Source: a bacterium
GTDB taxonomy: Bacteria; Patescibacteriota; UBA1384; VFKW01
Direction of reading: 5' to 3'
Length of the DNA stretch: 60,893 nt
NCBI GenBank assembly: GCA_030647355.1
Contig: JAUSIS010000005.1
Span: 1-60,893 of the forward strand
The translations under genes and the position numbers were made by a program. The notes beneath the pieces are model-generated. The model saw nothing but the letters and a program-made list of their open reading frames with translations. It was not told the DNA's origin and searched no databases. Of this stretch, positions 1-8,884 are shown one piece after another. Position 1 is the first letter of the stretch, and each line of letters begins with the position of its first letter.

Positions 1-1
1 T

Positions 2-322
2 AATTATTTACTAATACGGGAAGGATTTGTGCCAATAAATATTAAATTTATTGATCGAAAAATGTATTACGAAGCGTTCAAAGAATTTGATGAGAAAGGC
101 AAGACTGCTATTATGGAAGAAATGGTTGGAAAAGCGCTAACGAATAGCTACCATAAACGATTGGCGTATCTGGAGGGTAAAAAAATTATTTCTCTTGTCA
201 ATTATGCAAAAGATAATAAAATTTCCCATTCAAACCTAATAAATAAGGCGAACCGTCAGACGATCGAGGCCTTTTTGGAAAAGAATATTTGGAAAATAGG
301 TATCAAAAATAATAAAGTATAA
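2..322 (+). CDS. Fic/DOC family protein, C-terminal fragment (5' end lies outside the window)
   Basis: The reading frame is open from the window edge (NYLLIREGFVPINIKFIDRKMYYEAFKEFDEKGK...). This matches the region that follows the Fic motif in Fic proteins. It sits next to an hsdR fragment, a common Fic context. Confidence 0.5.
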   Translation, partial: NYLLIREGFVPINIKFIDRKMYYEAFKEFDEKGKTAIMEEMVGKALTNSYHKRLAYLEGKKIISLVNYAKDNKISHSNLINKANRQTIEAFLEKNIWKIGIKNNKV

Positions 323-328
323 TTTCTT

Positions 329-814
329 ATGAATGAAGCAGAAACAAGAGCTGAATATATTGACCCCACACTAAAAGAAAGCGGCTGGGGTGAGGTCGAA
401 GGATCAAAAGTTCTTCGGGAGTTTCGTATTACCGAAGGAAGAATCCAATCCGGCGGCGAACGTGGCAAAAAAGAAATTGCCGACTATGTTTTGGTTTATA
501 AAAATCAAAAGTTGGCTGTCATAGAAGCTAAATCGGCTGAGTTAAGTTGCACTGAAGGAGTACAACAAGCCAAGGATTACGCAGAAAAATTACAGACTCC
601 TTATACTTTTTCAACAAATGGTGAAGAAATTTATCAAATTTTGATGATTAACGGACAAGAAAACCATATTACAAGTTTTCCGTCTCCAGTTGATCTTTGG
701 ACGATGGCAAACTCTGGATATAATGAGTGGCGAGAGAAATTTGGTGTCTCCTCCCGCCAGTCTCCCCATCTTATAATTGCAAAGCAATTTCCGAAATTTC
801 CACAGGAAATATAG
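329..814 (+). pseudogene. hsdR: type I restriction enzyme R subunit (HsdR), N-terminal nuclease-domain fragment only
   Basis: MNEAETRAEYIDPTLKESGWGEVEGSKV...IADYVLVYKNQKLAVIEAKS is the typical HsdR N-terminus. Homology ends after about 140 aa, exactly where repeat R1 begins (750). No helicase domain follows. Confidence 0.7.
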
Positions 815-822
815 AACAAATA
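750..822. repeat. dispersed repeat R, copy 1 (cctcccgccagtctYcccatcttataattgcaaagcaatttcc...atagaacaaata)
   Basis: Near-identical to 2094-2138 and 60368-60476, all in the same orientation. Confidence 0.85.
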
Positions 823-879
823 GTGTCCTGATACGTATTCATTTGAGTACGAATAGTTCAAATATTAAAATAACACAAT

Positions 880-1935
880 CTACTTGACTGCGTAATTATT
901 TGCAGCAAATTCGTATTGAGCTATCAAAATCTTTTTAAATGGAATAATAGAATTAATCTCATAAAAAACAAGCATCGCTTCGCGATAATCGCTTTCTTCG
1001 ATACTGCGATAAGAAAGAGGAGCATAACTATGAGACAGAAGGAGTGCGTTCGCCATCAGCCTGCCCGTTCTTTTATTTCCATCTTCAAAGGGTTGAATAT
1101 AGCCAATCCCGATAAGTGCTAAAAGAGCTTTAGCATAAGGAGTTTTAGCTCTTGAGATCGCTTCGGATAAAGCGGCGATTGCCTCTTTAATTTGATATTT
1201 ATTATCCAAAGGTTTATATTTGGAGCCCGTCACGCCTACTATTCTGTTTCGAATACCCAAACTGACACCCATATCTTTCACAAGAATAGAGTGCAATTTT
1301 TCTAAATTTGCCAATGTCAGTATTTTGAATTCAGAGCTATTCTCTCTAATAAAATTAAAAGCATCTTTGTGGTTGAGAATCATGATTGCTTCTTTTTTAT
1401 CATGCCCCTTAGCCTCTTCTTTGTCTATTATCAATTTTTCCGTATCCAGCAAGGTATAGGTATTGCCTTCAATTTTCGAAGATTTCCAAGAAAGTTCGAT
1501 AATTAACCTTTGCAGTTCTTTCTCTTCGATGACCTTCGGCAAATCTTTAGTCTTTTTTTTATAGTTTTCTGTTGCCTGGTCAAGTATTTTTAACTCTGTC
1601 TCATCGAAGATATCAGCTGGAAATTCAGATAAATAATCAAAATTATAGCTGTTCGAGCCATATCGTTTATCAGGCTCTATCTCAATATATTTTTTAGCAT
1701 CAATATCAAAAAATACCTTAGCGAGATTGCTAACCTTATAGCCGGTTGATCTACCTGAGCCTGTAACAATCAGCAGCCTCGAAACGGTCATTTCAGATAA
1801 GGCTCTTTTTACTGAAACAAGCGATAAATCATCGCCACGAATTAAAATTTCCTCATGGATTGCAGACGATTGCATTGTTCCACTCTTAAGGATAATTTCA
1901 AGAATATTCTGTTGTTTTTGTGTTATTTTAATCAT
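880..1935 (-). CDS. Fic family protein with N-terminal wHTH; Fic motif is degenerate (QPFEDGNKRTGR, His replaced by Gln)
   Basis: 351 aa. It has a Fic core with IQPFEDGNKRTGRLMANALLL where HxFx(D/E)GNGRxxR is expected. The CAA codon was verified on the DNA. The N-terminus resembles a winged helix. Confidence 0.75.
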   Translation of the reverse strand: MIKITQKQQNILEIILKSGTMQSSAIHEEILIRGDDLSLVSVKRALSEMTVSRLLIVTGSGRSTGYKVSNLAKVFFDIDAKKYIEIEPDKRYGSNSYNFDYLSEFPADIFDETELKILDQATENYKKKTKDLPKVIEEKELQRLIIELSWKSSKIEGNTYTLLDTEKLIIDKEEAKGHDKKEAIMILNHKDAFNFIRENSSEFKILTLANLEKLHSILVKDMGVSLGIRNRIVGVTGSKYKPLDNKYQIKEAIAALSEAISRAKTPYAKALLALIGIGYIQPFEDGNKRTGRLMANALLLSHSYAPLSYRSIEESDYREAMLVFYEINSIIPFKKILIAQYEFAANNYAVK

Positions 1936-1956
1936 ATTCGTATCATTTAAGCACTT

Positions 1957-1981
1957 TTATCGTATCATATTGATACGATAA
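1957..1981. promoter_or_regulatory. perfect 11-3-11 palindrome (TTATCGTATCA-TAT-TGATACGATAA) in the spacer of the Fic gene promoter
   Basis: On the minus strand the promoter reads TTGACA-N17-TACGAT, with the palindrome filling the spacer. A third half-site (GATACGA) lies just before the start codon. Confidence 0.6.
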
Positions 1982-2093
1982 TGTCAATCCTTTGTCCATA
2001 AAAACTGACCGATTGAAGAAGTATTACACGTAAATATTAACATTTAGAACCAAAGACCACAACAACGCAATATTTTAGATAAAATGATACCTT

Positions 2094-2138
2094 CCTCCCG
2101 CCAGTCTTCCCATCTTATAATTGCAAAGCAATTTCCGA
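2094..2138. repeat. dispersed repeat R, copy 2 (5' part only)
   Basis: cctcccgccagtcttcccatcttataattgcaaagcaatttccga matches R1 and R3. Confidence 0.85.
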
Positions 2139-2152
2139 TAACCGGGTGATGA

Positions 2153-2199
2153 CCCTCCTTCGCTATTCGACTACGCTCATAGCTACGGCAGGGCAGGCA
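2153..2199. repeat. mosaic GC-rich repeat family member (ccctccttcgc...cggcagggcaggca)
   Basis: It shares both end modules with 28776-28810. Confidence 0.6.
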
Positions 2200-2397
2200 G
2201 TGTTGTTAGCCGACGAGTATTAGACGAAAGGGCCTCCGGGGTCTTTTTTTGATTCTGGAGGCCTTTTTTGTGGTTGGGTACGTTTAGATCGAGAGATCGT
2301 CTATCCGAACTTCAATGTGTGTTTTGGTAAAGATTGTAAGTATTGTAAAAGAATCTTAATCTAACCATTTATCAATCATTCTGAAATTATAGAATAA

Positions 2398-3726
2398 TTA
2401 CCTGGGGGGTTCTATTATTAATTGATGATTAATAATAGCCTCTAAAAGCTTATTCTCGTTAGTTTTGCTATCTTTTCTAGTTAGCTCTTCCATGGATACG
2501 AAATCCGTCGGCCTATAAACTGTCTTGCGGCGATACCCGTGATTTTCTAATTCTTTAAAGATAGGAAAAGATTCTACGCCAACGACTCTATGATCGCCTG
2601 CCACTCGGCTAATTTCTTTTGCCAATCTTTCTATGTAATATCGAGTTTCACTTCTTTGGGTGTCAAAAACAAATTCATCCATTCCATTGATAACCAATGT
2701 TGCTGAATTGTCCGGTTCGTTTCTTAAAAAAGCTAGTATATCGTCTTTGATGGCAATGCAACCGATATTTTCATTTTTTCCTCTTTGATTAACTGGCCAG
2801 CTTGAAAAATTTTTATCAACTCCGATATATTCTTTCGCACCCAGCTTGAGGACTATTTCGGCCATGTCATATGCTCTTGCACCGCACCCTAAATCAATTA
2901 CTTTTTCTCCCTTAAACCATTCTCTAAACCGATGCTCATACCCAGCTCTTTCCGCTTGTACAAACCATTTATTATAATTATCGGGAAAGTCGCCAGACTT
3001 TACCAGATATTGTGAACCCTCTGGCAGTTCGCTATTTGCTTCACCGTCATGAAAATATTTTGAATATCTTTCTCTTAATTCGTCAAAAGTGCTCTGTTGA
3101 ATCTCCTCCTCTTTTTCTTGACCAATTTTTCTATCGTCACCTTTAGCCACTATACCGCGATTGAGATTTAATAAATTATTCAAAATCCTGACCGCTAAAA
3201 CATTTTTTTCTTGCTGAGATTTAATCTGCTCTTGAATTTGAATTATTCTTCTTACTCCCTCATGAGGAAGTCTGCAATCGTGAAATACTGGGAGAATAGC
3301 CGGGGTCATGCTAGGATGACTTAAAATACTATTATTCAAAATAATGCTATCGATCGCTGTTTTTCTTGCTTCTAACAAATCATTCGATTCTTGTTGATTT
3401 AGATAGTTATAATCTTCCTCGGAATATCCATTTTCTTTCAGGAATTCCTGAAAATCTTCAGGTGTCATATCCTCCACAGGAACTTCATAGTAGGGATCGG
3501 GCGGTTGTCCTTCCTTGGGTTCAACGTTAGTAAAAGATGTTAGCTCACCTCGTATTGAAATTTCCGATTGAATCCTTTCAAATAATTGGCGCTCTTCCGG
3601 TGTCATGCTATCTATTGATGCTTGCCATTCCTCAGGTGTTACTTCACCCTTACTTTGACGACTGTCATCACTTTCCATTTCCGATTCTTCAGGTTTGGCT
3701 TTATCACTTGTTGATTCATCAAACAT
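2398..3726 (-). CDS. hypothetical protein with acidic N-terminal region and C-terminal class I SAM-dependent methyltransferase-like domain
   Basis: 442 aa. VIDLGCGARAYDMAEIVLKLGAKEYIGVDKN resembles SAM-binding motif I. Confidence 0.5.
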   Translation of the reverse strand: MFDESTSDKAKPEESEMESDDSRQSKGEVTPEEWQASIDSMTPEERQLFERIQSEISIRGELTSFTNVEPKEGQPPDPYYEVPVEDMTPEDFQEFLKENGYSEEDYNYLNQQESNDLLEARKTAIDSIILNNSILSHPSMTPAILPVFHDCRLPHEGVRRIIQIQEQIKSQQEKNVLAVRILNNLLNLNRGIVAKGDDRKIGQEKEEEIQQSTFDELRERYSKYFHDGEANSELPEGSQYLVKSGDFPDNYNKWFVQAERAGYEHRFREWFKGEKVIDLGCGARAYDMAEIVLKLGAKEYIGVDKNFSSWPVNQRGKNENIGCIAIKDDILAFLRNEPDNSATLVINGMDEFVFDTQRSETRYYIERLAKEISRVAGDHRVVGVESFPIFKELENHGYRRKTVYRPTDFVSMEELTRKDSKTNENKLLEAIINHQLIIEPPR

Positions 3727-3877
3727 AATTATTCCTCATTGCTTACTTTCATTATACACGAAAACTCTTCGTCATACTGAACTTTTTGCAAAGTTTCCCG
3801 ACTTAACCCCTTACTTAAGACCATCTCTTTCGTCGTGAGATAAAAACTTGGTTCTTCTTGAGAATGAATTTTGCCTT

Positions 3878-3953
3878 TGGCGCCCTTGGCAGGAATCGAA
3901 CCTGCAACCTTTCCCTTAGGACGGGACTGCTCTATCCGTTGAGCTACAAGGGC
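3878..3953 (-). tRNA. tRNA-Arg (anticodon CCT), CCA encoded
   Basis: Hand-folded cloverleaf: acceptor GCCCTTG/CAAGGGC, T arm GCAGG-TTCGATT-CCTGC, anticodon loop GTCCTAA. Confidence 0.8.
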
Positions 3954-4071
3954 AAATCTAAAGTATGCGATTGCATTATAACAGATTAATATGGTATAAT
4001 CAAACCAAATTCGCAAAACCAAAGATGGTATTCATGAGACTATATAAATAACATACCACGCACCTTGTTAA

Positions 4072-4144
4072 CGGGGAATGGCCTAATTGGTAAGGCGCAC
4101 GATTCGGGTTCGTGAGACTCCGGATTCGAGTTCCGGTTCCCCGA
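4072..4144 (+). tRNA. tRNA-Pro (anticodon CGG)
   Basis: Acceptor CGGGGAA/TTCCCCG, anticodon arm CACGA-TTCGGGT-TCGTG with G37, T arm CCGGA-TTCGAGT-TCCGG. Confidence 0.85.
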
Positions 4145-4199
4145 CTATATTTAATCTACCCAATTTTCTCAACTCTAATTTTTTCAATGAATCATTTAA

Positions 4200-5453
4200 T
4201 TACCACTGAAAACTTGGTTTCTTCTTTTCGTTTTTTTGCCCGCGCGGTCTTCTGATTAATCGAACTAAAAAGTAGATAACCAGTAATATCAAAGCAGTGC
4301 CGCCAACCAAAATCGCATCGCGTCCATATTTTTGTAACAGAGTTTTTTGAGCAACTACAGTTTTTTTCGCGTCTTTATCTGACAGGATAACAATACTCCC
4401 ACCATTTCGTTGTTCAATTTCAAATCGAACCTCATCGCTTATCGGAGTTAATATTTTATCTTTTTGCGCTTGCACGGTTAGCAAATGAAAACCGGATGCA
4501 ATTGGAAAATCAATGAGCAGACGAAATTGCCCTGTTTTTTTATCGCTTACTACCGAAAGACTCTTACCTTCGGGAATAGTCGGTAGGGGAGTAATATTAA
4601 TATTAGCGATATAACCTGGTTTTGTTATACCTCTAATAACTAAACCCGTAACCGTTCCGTCCTTAACATTATTAGTGAATTTTACTGCTTTGGTGATAGT
4701 AATTTTATATGGCTTGGCTAAACTTTTGTCTAACTTCGCTTTAACTCCAATCTTAAAATGTGTCGCTGGACCCCAGCCATCGCCATTTTGTGCTCTGATA
4801 TGGAAGTAATAGGTCCCGAGATTCTGATCGGGATAAGTAGCTGTAGTATCTGCCGAAGTCACTTGTTGGGGGGGAGTAGTGTCAGCCACTTGATCCAATA
4901 AATAAGCAAAACCAGTGACACCGCTTCCTTTTTCCCAAGATAAAACTATTGTCGAAATGTCATAACTAATAGTTTGGTCCGGATGCGACGAAGATGTTAC
5001 TGTCACAGGACCCGGCATAACAGGAGCCCGCAAGATTGTAAAACTGGTTCCGCCCGCTCCCGACCCAACAACTGAACCGTTAGAAGCCAACTGTACACCG
5101 GAAACAGAAACACTGCCGCTTCCGGCTTGAGTCCCCTTTAAGGTGATGGTCGCAATTCTAAGCGATGTTTGCGTCGAAGTGGTCATGCCAATAAACTGCG
5201 CACCATTTGAGGGCTGTCTAACCCAAGTTGCGCTACCTGCTCCAAAGGAAACAATACTTACGGGCCCTGATACAGAAATTTTTCCTTGGAATGCGTTAAA
5301 AGAGGCGCCGCTTGCCGTTACATTGATTGTGAAGTTTTGCCCGGCAGTTTTGGTGGTGCCCCCGGAAGCATAAATACCCCCTGCTGCTTTTGCGGGAGTA
5401 TATATTAGTAACCCTAAACATATTGCCAATACCAAACAGACTATGTTTTTCAT
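4200..5453 (-). CDS. secreted surface protein with cohesin-like N-domain, Fn3-like middle region and C-terminal membrane anchor
   Basis: Signal peptide MKNIVCLVLAICLGLLIYTPAKA. A Gly/Ser/Thr-rich beta-sandwich-like region follows. The C-terminus has a TM helix followed by basic residues (RRPRGQKNEKKK). Confidence 0.5.
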   Translation of the reverse strand: MKNIVCLVLAICLGLLIYTPAKAAGGIYASGGTTKTAGQNFTINVTASGASFNAFQGKISVSGPVSIVSFGAGSATWVRQPSNGAQFIGMTTSTQTSLRIATITLKGTQAGSGSVSVSGVQLASNGSVVGSGAGGTSFTILRAPVMPGPVTVTSSSHPDQTISYDISTIVLSWEKGSGVTGFAYLLDQVADTTPPQQVTSADTTATYPDQNLGTYYFHIRAQNGDGWGPATHFKIGVKAKLDKSLAKPYKITITKAVKFTNNVKDGTVTGLVIRGITKPGYIANINITPLPTIPEGKSLSVVSDKKTGQFRLLIDFPIASGFHLLTVQAQKDKILTPISDEVRFEIEQRNGGSIVILSDKDAKKTVVAQKTLLQKYGRDAILVGGTALILLVIYFLVRLIRRPRGQKNEKKKPSFQW

Positions 5454-5461
5454 TTTTCCTC

Positions 5462-6577
5462 CTAATTATTCCAATTTGCGGCTAGAATAGACAAATCTAA
5501 TAGGTCAACTTTTTCATCAACATCCGGGTTGAGATTGGCGAGTTGGACTGACGGCTTGGTTTTATCCCAGTTGGCGGCGAAGATGGAAAGGTCAAGCAGA
5601 TTAACTTTGGTGTCACCATTGATGTCGGCCTGTTTATGGCGAATGATGGTTATTCTTTGATAGCCGCCGCCCGGACAAGGCACGTTGTAGACGGTTGTGC
5701 CGATAGGAACCGGATTGACACTCATTGAGCAGGTAGTCCCGATGACAAGCGATGAAGCATAAGTGCTCATGGTTACTGGAGCTGGTGTGCCGCCGGAACC
5801 GGGAGGAGGAATGTACCAGCCGGCATCAATAAACCACTGGTAAAAGTATTTCCAAAAATTATAGTTACCATTAAAAGCATGAGGAGTGTAACGATAAAGG
5901 GATGCCGTCGCTCTGTTAGTGAATGTAACAGTACTGGTCGCCGGCGGATAATGAGGATATCCCGTCGTATTAGTAACGGTCGTTGTCTGACCGATTTTAT
6001 AGTTGGTTGCCCATGTGCGAGCAGTTTCGGCGCGGTGAAAATTATACCTTAATTGCCACGCACCCCAATCTATCTGTTTGGCAAAACCGGCATATGCAGA
6101 ATTGCAGTTAGTACCTTCTGCGCAACCATACCCCATGGCCTTATTTAATATAGCCGAACCTGGATTGGAGGTACTGGTGATTAAGCTTTGTTCTTTTTGC
6201 AAAGTTATAAGAATGGCCATTGGGTTAATCGTTCCCGTACTTTCATCGACGACTATACCCATCAGCGAACCCCTGGAATCTACTGTGTTACCATGGGCGG
6301 CATCCCAAATTATTCTAGCAGCACTTCGTCCTCCCTCGGAATAACTTTTCAAAAATGAACCCTTACTAACTAAAAAATCTTGAATTTGGGCTTCACTCAT
6401 TGCATTAGTACTGATAAAATTATCGTCACTTACTAAATTATTATAAGCTTGAGTATTAAGATAGGCTGACGAGGAAGTATCGGTTGCCTTGGCTTTCTTA
6501 ATTTCAATAAAATTACTCCCGAAAACCGAAGAAATTGCTACAAATATTAGAATAGTTCTTACTAAAGATTTATTCAA
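5462..6577 (-). CDS. secreted protein with C-terminal dockerin-type repeats (possible cell-wall hydrolase-like N-domain)
   Basis: A signal peptide is present. Two dockerin-like Ca-binding repeats: DINGDTKVNLLDLSIFAANW and NPDVDEKVDLLDLSILAANW. The LQKEQSL segment is reminiscent of wall-lytic domains, but this is weak. Confidence 0.6.
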   Translation of the reverse strand: MNKSLVRTILIFVAISSVFGSNFIEIKKAKATDTSSSAYLNTQAYNNLVSDDNFISTNAMSEAQIQDFLVSKGSFLKSYSEGGRSAARIIWDAAHGNTVDSRGSLMGIVVDESTGTINPMAILITLQKEQSLITSTSNPGSAILNKAMGYGCAEGTNCNSAYAGFAKQIDWGAWQLRYNFHRAETARTWATNYKIGQTTTVTNTTGYPHYPPATSTVTFTNRATASLYRYTPHAFNGNYNFWKYFYQWFIDAGWYIPPPGSGGTPAPVTMSTYASSLVIGTTCSMSVNPVPIGTTVYNVPCPGGGYQRITIIRHKQADINGDTKVNLLDLSIFAANWDKTKPSVQLANLNPDVDEKVDLLDLSILAANWNN

Positions 6578-6676
6578 AATTTCCCTCCCAAAGCGGTACT
6601 TACTATATTACTATTTTACCATAACTAGTCAACCCTGATTAGCATTTGCGTTTTTAATAAAAATATACTATTATAC

Positions 6677-7147
6677 ATTCTAATCGTTCCTTAGATTGCG
6701 TCCCGAAAAGGAGGGTAGTTGACGGCGATGCGATCATAAGGAAGTACAAAACGGGAGGACTCACTTACTTGGATGCAAAGATGATTACCGTTGGTTCGGC
6801 TGCAATACTGGCATATGTTGGTATCGCAGACCTGCCCCCCAGTATTGATCGGCACCCTGGGGACATTCGTATCATCACCACTGCCCCTGCAAAAGCGGCA
6901 CTCTCTGGGAGAACAGCTTTTGCGTTAGTTGAGGACGGCAATACCATCACTCCGCCCCCGCCGTCATGGTTCACCCGTGTACAACAGCCGGTCGCGAAGG
7001 AATCTACTTCGCGCAAGCCGGAGAATATGTCAAGCAGAGAGAGAACAAGGGCTTATCGGCAACGCTGCGGAAAATGGTGCTAAGGCACTGATTTCTGCCA
7101 TTTCGCTCCCAGTATAATTCATTCACAAGGGCGCTCCGCCCTTTTTT
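6677..7147 (+). ncRNA. unclassified structured RNA (about 470 nt), GC-rich, bounded by promoter and terminator
   Basis: Upstream promoter TTGCGT-N17-TATTAT. Many nested hairpins, e.g. GCAAAAGC...GCTTTTGC, GACGGC...GCCGTC and CCGGTCGCGAAG...CTTCGCGCAAGCCGG. It ends in an intrinsic terminator. The internal ORFs have no RBS and an odd composition. Confidence 0.55.
7129..7147 (+). terminator. intrinsic terminator (GGGCG-CTC-CGCCC + T6)
   Basis: GC hairpin followed by a T-run, read directly from the sequence. Confidence 0.75.
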
Positions 7148-7221
7148 CGTTTGACTTACATTACCAAAGAAGTATGATAATATGTAATTGCAACAGGGGC
7201 ACTTTTTTAATAAGGAGCTTC

Positions 7222-8820
7222 GTGGCTATTCAATCAACAGCAGGACAAAGCGAGCAATTATCGCCTGAAATAGAGGCGCTTTTAACATCATTCGAAACTG
7301 AAGATATTGAGCCGGAGAATCAAGATTCCCCTAAAATCCACATCAATATGGCGACCGGCACGGCGGCCTTAATATATGAAAAAATCAGAAACACTATTGG
7401 CTACCAAGAAGAAAAAACCTTACGCCGACTGGCAATCTCACGTATGCTGGCTCGTAGAGCCGTCTTTGATAAAGGCGAGAAAACTATCGCCACCGGCTTA
7501 ATCTGGGAACTGATCCAATCCGGTTATTTAAAAAACGATCAAGTACCTGAAGAGAAAATTGCTCAAATTGAAAATACTTTAAGACAGTTTTCTGCCCTCG
7601 GAAAATTTCTACCTCCCGCTTGGTCTGAATATTTTTTTGGTATAGTTGGTTGCCAAGTTGAAACTATACTGACTGATTACAACTCCGACGAAGCCCTGGT
7701 AATGGCATTTCACAGTCTAATTTTACGTCAATTCTATCAAGATAAAGAACCGGCAGAACATGAGAAAATAAGTGAGTTATTGTATTACTCTTTAGTCCAA
7801 CTATTTTTCAAACTGGACAAACCAGCCCTACGTCATTACGCCCTCCGATATAAGATACCCGACTGGGAATCTCTAACTTCCGCACAAATACTCGACATGA
7901 AAAATCGTTTAATTAAAGAAATTCAGCAGATCGAGGATAATTTAAAGATTCTACCGGAAAGTCGTTTCCCAAAAATCAGTAAACGCTATTATCCTATATA
8001 TATGGTTTTACAAAAAATCATTCACAAAGATCCCTCTCAACTTCGAGAAATAATTACAAATAAACAAAAATTGGCAGCGAGTATTAAACAAATCGCCTCC
8101 GAATATTTTACAGACACTCTGGCAAAATTGAATCGAAGTATCCTAAAAGCCGTCTTATTTATTTTTACCACCAAAGTTATACTCGGTCTTATTTTTGAAA
8201 TTCCTTACGACCGTTATTATCATGGCCATATCAGCTACGTCCCACTCTTAATAAATATTATTTTCCCGCCTCTGCTAATGTATTTATCTGTCTCAATGAT
8301 TTCAGTACCCGGAGCCAATAATGCTCGCAAAATCATCACAATAGCCAAAAAATTTATCTATAATGAAAAACTAGATGAAAACGAAAAACAAAAATATGGC
8401 TATATTCTAACCAGAAGCAAAACACTTCAAACACTGCTAAATACATATTACGCACTCACATTTATTATGACTTTAATTGGAGTGATTTGGTTGCTTAGAG
8501 TATTAAAATTCAATTTAATCAGTGGTATATTATTCTTTCTCTTCCTATCAATAGTCAGCTTCTTAGCATTTCGTATCCGACGATCGGCGACCGATCTTGT
8601 AGTGGTCGAGGAACGGGAAAATACTTTTGTTACTATTTTAGATTTTCTACTCCTGCCGTTCTTAAAGATTGGCTTCTGGCTCTCCAAAAAATTTGAAAAA
8701 GCTAATATATTGGTTTTGATTTTTGATTTTATACTGGAAGCACCTTTTAAAACTATCTTAGAAGCCATAGAACATTGGATTGCCTTCGTCAGAGAAAAAA
8801 AGGAAGAAATCGTCTCCTAA
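7222..8820 (+). CDS. large multi-pass membrane protein, function unknown
   Basis: The likely start is GTG at 7222, preceded by AAGGAG. A soluble N-terminal half is followed by several TM helices. Confidence 0.6.
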   Translation: MAIQSTAGQSEQLSPEIEALLTSFETEDIEPENQDSPKIHINMATGTAALIYEKIRNTIGYQEEKTLRRLAISRMLARRAVFDKGEKTIATGLIWELIQSGYLKNDQVPEEKIAQIENTLRQFSALGKFLPPAWSEYFFGIVGCQVETILTDYNSDEALVMAFHSLILRQFYQDKEPAEHEKISELLYYSLVQLFFKLDKPALRHYALRYKIPDWESLTSAQILDMKNRLIKEIQQIEDNLKILPESRFPKISKRYYPIYMVLQKIIHKDPSQLREIITNKQKLAASIKQIASEYFTDTLAKLNRSILKAVLFIFTTKVILGLIFEIPYDRYYHGHISYVPLLINIIFPPLLMYLSVSMISVPGANNARKIITIAKKFIYNEKLDENEKQKYGYILTRSKTLQTLLNTYYALTFIMTLIGVIWLLRVLKFNLISGILFFLFLSIVSFLAFRIRRSATDLVVVEERENTFVTILDFLLLPFLKIGFWLSKKFEKANILVLIFDFILEAPFKTILEAIEHWIAFVREKKEEIVS

Positions 8821-8884
8821 ATTAACTATTCAAAATACAACTATTAAGAGTATAATTTATATAAATTAAACCTAATCTTGGGGA

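Noticed and set aside
3729-4022. 97-aa ORF on the minus strand
   Set aside because: It is read straight through tRNA-Arg(CCT), so it is spurious.
6769-7083. 104-aa ORF (and overlapping ORFs on both strands) in the GC-rich block
   Set aside because: There is no RBS. The composition is Ala/Pro/Arg/Thr-rich, as expected from GC bias. The region is densely self-complementary and bounded by a promoter and a terminator, so it is treated as RNA.
6677-7147. tmRNA (ssrA) assignment for this RNA or for 27046-27354
   Set aside because: Neither contains a tRNA-like T arm (GGTTCGAnTCC) with an acceptor 3' end. Neither has a convincing tag ORF ending in hydrophobic residues plus a stop. A permuted tmRNA could not be excluded by eye.
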